This document shows positions 1 to 4,511 of a stretch of 6,100 bases of DNA, piece by piece. The stretch's first letter is position 1. Each line of letters begins with the position of its first letter. The stretch is from Halomonas sp. (lineage in GTDB: Bacteria; Pseudomonadota; Gammaproteobacteria; Pseudomonadales; Halomonadaceae). The notes below the pieces were generated by a model. That model was given only the letters and a program-made list of their open reading frames with translations, had not been told where the DNA came from and did not search any database. The position numbers were made by a program, and so were the translations under genes. Location: the NCBI GenBank assembly GCA_007116835.1, contig SKHS01000123.1:1-6100 (forward strand), written 5' to 3'.

Positions 1-507
1 TGTCGTGATGGTGTCCGTAATGTATTTGAGTGTGGGCTTGGAACAAACAATCCAGAACTGCCGTCTTCTATGGGCATTTCAGGAAAGCCCGGCGCTTCGT
101 TGCGGGTATGGAGAGATTTTTTTCCGAATGCGATGATTTACGGTGCCGATATCGACAGAGATGTATTGTTCGAAGAGGATCGCATTAAGACTTTCTATAT
201 TGATCAACTCAATCCCGATGCTATAAAAAGCTTTTGGCGGATTGTAGATACGAGCGAGTTCGATTTTATGGTGGACGATGGCTTACATACTTTTGAAGCT
301 GGATCGACTTTATTTTTACATTCGATAGATCGACTGGCTCAAAACGGGATCTATGTCATAGAAGATGTTGGGCCAGCAGACTTACTGCGGTATAAAGAAT
401 TTTTTCAAAACAAAGACTACACAGTTGAGTATGTGTGTTTGTATAGACCGTCTACACTGTTAGGCGATAACAGCTTGGTTGTCATAAGAAAAAACGGTAA
501 ACGCTGA
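1..507 (+). CDS. class I SAM-dependent methyltransferase (C-terminal part; 5' end lies upstream of the window)
   Basis: Frame 1 is open from base 1: CRDGVRNVFECGLGTNNPELPSS precedes the first ATG at 70, so the gene very probably starts outside the window. Motifs read by eye: ECGLGT (glycine-rich SAM loop), IYGADID (acidic residue after beta-2), FDFMVDDGLH, GIYVIEDV. Stop TGA at 505-507. Its composition differs from the insert to its right. Confidence 0.75.
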   Translation, partial: CRDGVRNVFECGLGTNNPELPSSMGISGKPGASLRVWRDFFPNAMIYGADIDRDVLFEEDRIKTFYIDQLNPDAIKSFWRIVDTSEFDFMVDDGLHTFEAGSTLFLHSIDRLAQNGIYVIEDVGPADLLRYKEFFQNKDYTVEYVCLYRPSTLLGDNSLVVIRKNGKR

Positions 508-520
508 TCCGTTTTATTTC
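491..520 (+). terminator. weak candidate intrinsic terminator overlapping the methyltransferase stop codon
   Basis: AAAACGG (491-497) pairs with CCGTTTT (509-515). The 11-nt loop contains the TGA stop and is followed by TTTTATTTC. The stem is mostly A:T, so support is weak. Confidence 0.3.
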
Positions 521-540
521 TTACACACTTTGCTACACAC
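520..540. repeat. two adjacent CT(T)ACACAC motif copies
   Basis: CTTACACAC at 520-528 and GCTACACAC at 532-540. These are degenerate copies of the exact 10-mer at 681-690 and 925-934. Confidence 0.4.
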
Positions 541-680
541 CAAAATTTATCACGCTGTAGGGCGCATAAATGCTGGGTTTTGTTTGAGTGTCTGCTCTCA
601 TAATCCAATCACTCTGGTAAGCTGTTGGGCAGGAACCCAGTAAAATAGCGGCTTGTAGCGTGTTTTTGGTGCTGTATTTT

Positions 681-701
681 GCTTACACACCGCTCACACA
701 C
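681..701. repeat. GCTTACACAC motif copy (upstream of tRNA), followed by CGCTCACACAC
   Basis: The exact 10-mer GCTTACACAC at 681-690 recurs at 925-934. Both copies are followed within 0-2 nt by CTCAC. Confidence 0.5.
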
Positions 702-799
702 TTTGGACGTTGTTTTTAGTGTTTTTTTTGCTGTTTCTACACTATGTATAGTCAGCAGCTAAGCACTAAGTTGTGAAAAAATAAGTTGTAAAAGTTATA

Positions 800-876
800 G
801 GGCCCATAGCTCAGTTGGTTAGAGCAGAGAACTCATAATTCTTTGGTCACAGGTTCAAGTCCTGTTGGGCCCACCA
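800..876 (+). tRNA. tRNA with CAT anticodon; features favour tRNA-Ile2 (lysidine-modified CAU) over elongator tRNA-Met
   Basis: A 77-nt cloverleaf folds by hand. Acceptor stem GGGCCCA (800-806) pairs with TGGGCCC (866-872), then discriminator A873 and encoded CCA 874-876. The D arm is TAGCTCAGTTGGTTAGAGCA. Anticodon stem GAGAA/TTCTT (827-831/839-843) carries loop CTCATAA with anticodon CAT at 834-836. T arm is ACAGG-TTCAAGT-CCTGT. C4:G69, C5:G68 and G27:U43 match the E. coli tRNA-Ile2 pattern as I recall it. Confidence 0.95.
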
Positions 877-883
877 AAACTTA

Positions 884-917
884 AATGAGACTGCTGTAAT
901 GGCAGTCTCATTTTTTT
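884..917 (+). terminator. rho-independent terminator downstream of the tRNA
   Basis: TGAGACTGC (886-894) pairs perfectly with GCAGTCTCA (902-910), with extra A:T pairs at the base, a 7-nt loop (895-901) and seven T residues at 911-917. Confidence 0.8.
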
Positions 918-924
918 ATCTGCT

Positions 925-938
925 GCTTACACACTCAC
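925..938. repeat. GCTTACACAC motif copy between the tRNA terminator and the integrase gene
   Basis: Exact 10-mer GCTTACACAC at 925-934, identical to 681-690, followed by TCAC. It lies 40 nt upstream of the integrase ATG and may be an arm-type or att-related site. Confidence 0.5.
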
Positions 939-977
939 TTCGTTGCTCTTTTAACTTGCTGACATTAAAGTGTTGCT

Positions 978-2315
978 ATGGCTGAAAAGAATGAAACAAC
1001 GCACACGCTGTTAGACAGAGAGTTGATTGTTTACAGACGTGAACGCAGCAACATTTGGCAATGTCGTTTTAAGGTTGACGGCATTTGGCAACGTGCGTCA
1101 ACAAAAGAACGCGACTTAAAAAAAGCAAAGACAAAAGCAAACGAGTTGCGTATTGAAGCTGAAATACGCAAGCGTTCTAACTTGCCTGTAATCACACGCA
1201 AGTTTAGAGACGTTGCCAAACTTGCTGTTGAACGTATGGAACACGAAATACGAAGCGGCAATGGCAAAGTGTCATACGCAGACTACATACGTGTGATTGA
1301 AGAATATTTGATACCTGCGTTAGGCAAACGTAGCATTACAAACATTGATTACACAGCGTTAGACGAGTTGGACGCCAAGCGCATTGAACAAATGGGCAAA
1401 GCGCCAAGTCAAAGCACTATGCTGACGCACAACGCTGCGTTAAACAGAGTGTTTGACGAAGCAGTCATACGCAACTTTTTAACAGAAGCAAATCGCCCAA
1501 AACTTGAAGCTAAAGGAAAAGCAAGTGATAGAAGGCCTGCTTTTGATATGGCTGAAATACGTGCGTTAGTTGGAAGCTTTGACGAATGGATTGAAAGAGC
1601 GCGAAACGCAAAGAGTAAAGAAATGCGAACGTTGCTGCGCGACTACGTTGACGTATTGCTTGACACAGGCGCAAGGCCAGGCGACGAGTTGCTGAACTTA
1701 AAGTGGAAGCAAATAAAGTTTGTGATGAAACCAATCACAATAAAAACAGGTGTGATTGACAACACAGACGACGGACACGAAGAGATAACGCTGTCAAACT
1801 TAAACAGAAGTTTGGAACTAACGATAAGCGGAAAAACAGGCACACGCACTATTGTTGCTATGCTGCGAACGGTTAAAGCGTTGGAACGCATAGCAAAGCG
1901 CAACTACGAGATTGACGACGACATTACTGAGCCGTTCAAGCAGCTGACATTGCCGACGAACAAAGACTATGTGTTTCGAACACGTGACAAGCAAGCGCCG
2001 ACAAGTTGGCAAAAGATGTTTGAGAACTATTTGACTGAACACAACTTATTAGAAGATCCAAGCAGCGGACAGAAGCGTGTGTTTTACAGTTTGCGGCACA
2101 CGTATGCGACGTTGGCGCTGACAAATGACAAAGTGCCGATACACACGTTGTCAAAGCAGATGGGAACAAGTGTGCTGATGATAGAAAAACACTACAGTCA
2201 TTTACAAGTCATCAAAGCAATTGACCAGTTGCGTGGTGAAGAAACACGCAGGCTGATTGATGCGGGTGGTGTAGTGGATGAGATTTACACGAGCAAGAAA
2301 AAGCGCAAAAAGTGA
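978..2315 (+). CDS. int: tyrosine-type site-specific integrase (445 aa)
   Basis: Long ORF with ATG at 978. Catalytic-domain motifs: LLDTGARPGDEL (box I Arg), YSLRHTYATLAL (box II Arg-His), MIEKHYSHL (candidate nucleophile Tyr). The N-terminal segment IWQCRFKVDGIWQRAST resembles integrase arm-binding N-domains. The position just downstream of a tRNA is typical of genomic-island integrases. No clear Shine-Dalgarno sequence precedes the ATG. Confidence 0.9.
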   Translation: MAEKNETTHTLLDRELIVYRRERSNIWQCRFKVDGIWQRASTKERDLKKAKTKANELRIEAEIRKRSNLPVITRKFRDVAKLAVERMEHEIRSGNGKVSYADYIRVIEEYLIPALGKRSITNIDYTALDELDAKRIEQMGKAPSQSTMLTHNAALNRVFDEAVIRNFLTEANRPKLEAKGKASDRRPAFDMAEIRALVGSFDEWIERARNAKSKEMRTLLRDYVDVLLDTGARPGDELLNLKWKQIKFVMKPITIKTGVIDNTDDGHEEITLSNLNRSLELTISGKTGTRTIVAMLRTVKALERIAKRNYEIDDDITEPFKQLTLPTNKDYVFRTRDKQAPTSWQKMFENYLTEHNLLEDPSSGQKRVFYSLRHTYATLALTNDKVPIHTLSKQMGTSVLMIEKHYSHLQVIKAIDQLRGEETRRLIDAGGVVDEIYTSKKKRKK

Positions 2316-2413
2316 TGCGCAGCAAGTGAGACGCAACAGGGGCGGAGGAAAGTATTTTTACTATGCCTGTCGTGCGTTCAAGCGTCGTGTTTATAGACGC
2401 TGGTTTAATCACC

Positions 2414-2432
2414 AAAAAACCGCTCTTTAGCG
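2414..2432 (-). terminator. weak candidate terminator for the leftward operon
   Basis: On the minus strand, a 4-bp stem CGCT/AGCG (2421-2424/2429-2432 in plus coordinates) with a tetraloop is followed by TTTTTT (plus-strand A run 2414-2419). It lies 15-33 nt downstream of the sORF stop. The stem is short, so confidence is low. Confidence 0.3.
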
Positions 2433-2446
2433 CCAAACGACGGGTT

Positions 2447-2620
2447 TTACTGAGTGGCAAGTTGTGACAACTGCTGCTGCGTTTTGCGCAGTTTGAGTTG
2501 TAGAGCAGCACGGCGAGCAGATTTTGTGGCAGCTTTGGCAGCACTCTGTTGCGCTTTGACACGCTGGGTGTCGGCGTTGAGATGATTGTTTTGTTGGCTG
2601 ACGACTTCTGCGATACGCAC
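2447..2620 (-). CDS. 57-aa basic, probably helical small protein (GTG start); not listed in the ORF track
   Basis: My hand translation of the minus strand gives VRIAEVVSQQNNHLNADTQRVKAQQSAAKAATKSARRAALQLKLRKTQQQLSQLATQ*. GTG is at 2620-2618, preceded by GAGGAG (2633-2628) with a 7-nt spacer. The start lies 27 nt downstream of the stop of the 146-aa gene (operon-like spacing). Stop TAA at 2449-2447. There are 10 K/R versus 2 D/E. The gene is real only if translated, and no homology was recognised. Confidence 0.4.
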   Translation of the reverse strand: MRIAEVVSQQNNHLNADTQRVKAQQSAAKAATKSARRAALQLKLRKTQQQLSQLATQ

Positions 2621-2647
2621 TGTGCTGCTCCTCGTGTGTAGCAGTAT

Positions 2648-3088
2648 TTAATCGTTTGTAAAACCTTTGCGTAGCGCAACACTGGCAGCATCTAAATGCG
2701 CATCGAGTTCGCCGTTCATAACAGCCTGTTTAATCAACTCAAATGTCGATACAAGTTCTTTGGCGCTGCTGACTTCGACGGCAGCTTTGCCTCGTGCTAA
2801 CTCCAGCACACGTGAGCCGTATTTGATTTGGACACACAGTTTGCCGTTGTCCGCAACAAATGTCCAAGCTTTGACAACTTTAGGAACTTCGACAGTTTTA
2901 CGCAGTCCGGTTTCTGCGTCCGTGTAGCTGCGCAAGCGTGTAGCAGTGTAGGTAGTGCCGTTTTGTTGTGCTGTGATGAATGCGATTTGTTCATCGATTC
3001 TGCGCAGCAACTTATGACGACGCAGCAGAGCAGGGCTGATGTGCGTGGGTTTTTTGGCGGCTGTGAGTTTGAGTTGTGCGAGGGTCAT
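2648..3088 (-). CDS. conserved hypothetical protein, 146 aa
   Basis: I place the start at the internal Met (M81 of the 226-aa track ORF), ATG at 3088-3086. It is preceded by AAGGAA (3100-3095) with a 6-nt spacer. The product is MTLAQLKLTAAKKPTHISPALLRRHKLLRRIDEQIAF...GELDAHLDAASVALRKGFTND. From memory it resembles small proteins of unknown function (possibly the DUF6641 type) found on proteobacterial islands; this is unverified. Confidence 0.7.
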   Translation of the reverse strand: MTLAQLKLTAAKKPTHISPALLRRHKLLRRIDEQIAFITAQQNGTTYTATRLRSYTDAETGLRKTVEVPKVVKAWTFVADNGKLCVQIKYGSRVLELARGKAAVEVSSAKELVSTFELIKQAVMNGELDAHLDAASVALRKGFTND

Positions 3089-3252
3089 TTTGAGTTCCTT
3101 TTGTGCTGTGTTGAGAAGGTGTCGTTCAAAACGACAAACAGCACGATATGTTCTGACAAGCACGTAGGACAACGGGTTTAGGCAAGAAAACAGGGCTATG
3201 AACAGGACAGGTAAAAAAATATTGGTTTTTCTGTTCAAAGCTAAATAACTGT
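3089..3252. promoter_or_regulatory. divergent intergenic control region between the 146-aa gene and the rep-like gene
   Basis: A 164-bp gap separates two divergent starts. It contains palindrome GTCGT-N5-ACGAC (3121-3135) and the composite inverted repeat TATGAACAGGA (3197-3207) ... CTGTTCAAA (3231-3239), which ends 13 nt before the rep ATG. I could not identify convincing -35/-10 hexamers by eye. Confidence 0.5.
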
Positions 3253-3819
3253 ATGAATACATCACATACAGCACACAACAAAGCAGCCTACGCAGCAGCG
3301 CAGCAGGGCTATTTACAGCACATCGCACAGCACTGCGATTACGCCGTCACGCTACAAACCAGTTTGCGCACGTGTGGCATTAAGGCAAAAACAATGGAAG
3401 ACAGGCTGTACAGGACGCAGGGAAGTTTGAGGCAGCTGCGCAACAGGTTAAACAGGCTACTGACAGGCAACGGCTACAAGCGCAACAACAGGTATCTGCC
3501 GATATTTGTTGCGGCTATAGAGGGCACGACAAACAGCTACGACTTAAACAGAACGCTACACATACACGTGGCACTAGGCAACACAGGGCACACAGCAAAC
3601 GAACAAACACGCAGGCTGATAGAAGACGGCATTAGGCAAATATGGGCAGCAACAGACGTAGGCACAGCTGACGTAAAAGTGGATAGGCTGACACAGGGAA
3701 CAGAACACAGATGGATGGACTACATAGGTAAAGAGTCACACGCAGGGCGAACAGGCAACATAGACGTCATCGACTACAGCAACACACAAATACCCGAACA
3801 CTTACTACAGCGCACTTAA
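3253..3819 (+). CDS. HUH-superfamily rolling-circle Rep-like protein (188 aa), possibly of the YagK/YfjJ or inovirus Gp2-like type
   Basis: The ORF is the first possible start after an in-frame stop at 3199-3201. Three motifs occur in canonical order: Y30-AVTLQT (motif I-like), E90 then L-H103-I-H105-VAL (HUH motif II, codons at 3559-3567), and D-Y157-IG-K160 (YxxK motif III). No Shine-Dalgarno sequence is visible. The coding call is good, but the functional call rests on motifs only. Confidence 0.6.
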   Translation: MNTSHTAHNKAAYAAAQQGYLQHIAQHCDYAVTLQTSLRTCGIKAKTMEDRLYRTQGSLRQLRNRLNRLLTGNGYKRNNRYLPIFVAAIEGTTNSYDLNRTLHIHVALGNTGHTANEQTRRLIEDGIRQIWAATDVGTADVKVDRLTQGTEHRWMDYIGKESHAGRTGNIDVIDYSNTQIPEHLLQRT

Positions 3820-4071
3820 CAGGCGAACAACACATTAGGCAAGCGTGTGATTTGACGAAGCGTTGATTACACAAATAGAGAGACAACAAGACAAGAGGGA
3901 TACTGACACTGTGAAGCGGTGGTTAGTTGTATGAGTGTGTTCGAGACATTTTCAAACAAAGTCAAACACTGTGATGAAAAACACAACGAACAAAATCCGA
4001 CAAAGAACGACACGATGAACAAACGAACAGTGATGACACAGAGAACACACGCAGAAACACACAGTAGGGGT

Positions 4072-4082
4072 CATAAATCAAC
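4072..4082. repeat. left arm of perfect 11-bp inverted repeat (CATAAATCAAC)
   Basis: CATAAATCAAC at 4072-4082 is the exact reverse complement of GTTGATTTATG at 4404-4414. Confidence 0.85.
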
Positions 4083-4190
4083 ACGTGGCAGAAAAACAGG
4101 CAGACGCTGAAAAACGCACGGTGGATTTTTGTGGGCTAAAGATGAAAATTGGCTGAGCACATACACAGCAGAACAAACAGCAAAACGCAC

Positions 4191-4233
4191 AGCGCATAGC
4201 AAGCACTCAAAACGCTTCTATGCGCTTTTTTTT
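4191..4233 (+). terminator. strong rho-independent terminator
   Basis: AGCGCATAG (4191-4199) pairs perfectly with CTATGCGCT (4218-4226). After a bulged C4200 the stem extends with AAGC (4201-4204) pairing GCTT (4214-4217), leaving a 9-nt loop. A run of eight T residues follows (4226-4233, the first shared with the stem). Confidence 0.8.
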
Positions 4234-4360
4234 GGCTGTGCGAATAGCAACACAGCACAGCATCAAAAAACGCAGCGTGTAGGGCGTTTTAAAGCGTCGA
4301 TAAATGTGGCTTATTGACTACGAACATACGTACAGCACGAGCAAAGCAGCGGTAAATACA

Positions 4361-4392
4361 TATGAACAGGAAATACGCAAAAACTGTTCAAA
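4361..4392. promoter_or_regulatory. second copy of the composite TATGAACAGGA ... CTGTTCAAA inverted-repeat motif, upstream of the small recombinase
   Basis: TATGAACAGGA at 4361-4371 is identical to 3197-3207. CTGTTCAAA at 4384-4392 is identical to 3231-3239. TGAACAG and CTGTTCA are reverse complements. An extra half-site ATGTTCAAA lies at 4484-4492. Confidence 0.55.
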
Positions 4393-4403
4393 TGCTGTAA
4401 GTC

Positions 4404-4414
4404 GTTGATTTATG
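4404..4414. repeat. right arm of perfect 11-bp inverted repeat (GTTGATTTATG)
   Basis: Exact reverse complement of 4072-4082. A related direct copy CGTTGATT occurs at 3861-3868 (compare 4403-4410). Confidence 0.85.
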
Positions 4415-4511
4415 GAAGGCTTTTGCGTGTCAAAAATAGGTAGGAAAAACGATGAAAAGAAAACACACTATACGCAGCAAACAATGTTCAAACGCAAACA
4501 GGAGCAGCACA

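Larger units (their letters stand above)
3820..4233 (+). ncRNA. candidate non-coding transcript, long rep 3' UTR or origin region
   Basis: About 410 nt follow the rep stop with stops in all three plus frames, apart from one low-complexity 63-codon ORF. The same sense-strand A>>T skew as the plus-strand genes is present (4021-4080: 28 A, 6 T of 60). The stretch ends at a strong plus-strand intrinsic terminator. No promoter was identified, so the 5' end is unknown. Confidence 0.3.

Noticed and set aside
417-608. 63-aa minus-strand ORF
   Set aside because: It lies antisense to the 3' end of the methyltransferase gene and runs into intergenic DNA. It has no Shine-Dalgarno sequence and its product is Cys/His-rich and implausible.
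771-800. tRNA promoter TTGTGA-N17-GTTATA, plus tandem TAAGTTGT(G/A)AAAA repeats
   Set aside because: The putative -10 would abut the mature tRNA 5' end, leaving no room for a transcription start or leader. TATAGT at 747-752 lacks a recognisable -35. No promoter is called.
1031-2169. Five minus-strand ORFs (74-86 aa) inside the integrase gene
   Set aside because: All are antisense to a well-supported CDS. The integrase sense strand is T-poor, so the antisense strand is A-poor and depleted of stop codons, which produces long spurious ORFs. The products are Ser/Cys/Arg-rich and low-complexity.
2381-2401. Hairpin AGCGTC-N9-GACGCT between the convergent integrase and sORF
   Set aside because: It has a 6-bp stem with a 9-nt loop and no T-tract on either strand, which is not convincing as a terminator.
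2212-2691. 159-aa minus-strand ORF
   Set aside because: It overlaps the 3' end of the integrase, the 57-aa sORF (in another frame) and the stop of the 146-aa gene. It lacks a Shine-Dalgarno sequence and has a Cys/Ser/His-rich product. The GTG-start sORF with a consensus SD explains this interval better.
2667-3181. Plus-strand ORFs 2667-2927 and 2828-3181, and minus-strand ORF 2797-2994
   Set aside because: They are antisense or alternate-frame to the 146-aa gene, with low-complexity Ser/Cys-rich products and no ribosome-binding sites.
3199-3237. Possible LexA (SOS) box in the TGAACAG ... CTGTTCA repeats
   Set aside because: The LexA consensus is CTGT-N8-ACAG. Here the half-sites are in the opposite order (ACAG ... 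CTGT) with 12-24 nt spacing.
3089-3328. 80-codon N-terminal extension of the 226-aa minus-strand ORF
   Set aside because: The extension would run through the divergent control region and overlap the rep-like start codon. The internal Met at 3088 has a good AAGGAA Shine-Dalgarno sequence. The apparent hydrophobic stretch comes from translating A/T runs in the intergenic region.
3935-4050. 8-bp inverted repeat GTGTGTTC / GAACACAC
   Set aside because: It is low-complexity (ACAC-rich) sequence in an A/C-rich region, cannot be extended, and is at chance level.
3919-4110. 63-aa GTG-start ORF in the non-coding stretch
   Set aside because: The product is extremely hydrophilic and low-complexity (K/R/T/H/N-rich). 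The nearest SD-like GAGGGA is 18 nt from the GTG. T-poor sequence is depleted of stop codons, so an ORF of this length is expected by chance. A small disordered protein cannot be fully excluded.
556-4286. 9-mer TGTAGGGCG at 556-564 and 4278-4286, each followed by ATAAATG
   Set aside because: Several 9-mer matches between a 300-bp and a 4.5-kb region are expected by chance (about 5), and the spacing to ATAAATG differs greatly.
4129-4317. 62-aa TTG-start ORF
   Set aside because: It is bisected by the strong intrinsic terminator at 4191-4233, has a TTG start without a Shine-Dalgarno sequence, and gives a low-complexity product.
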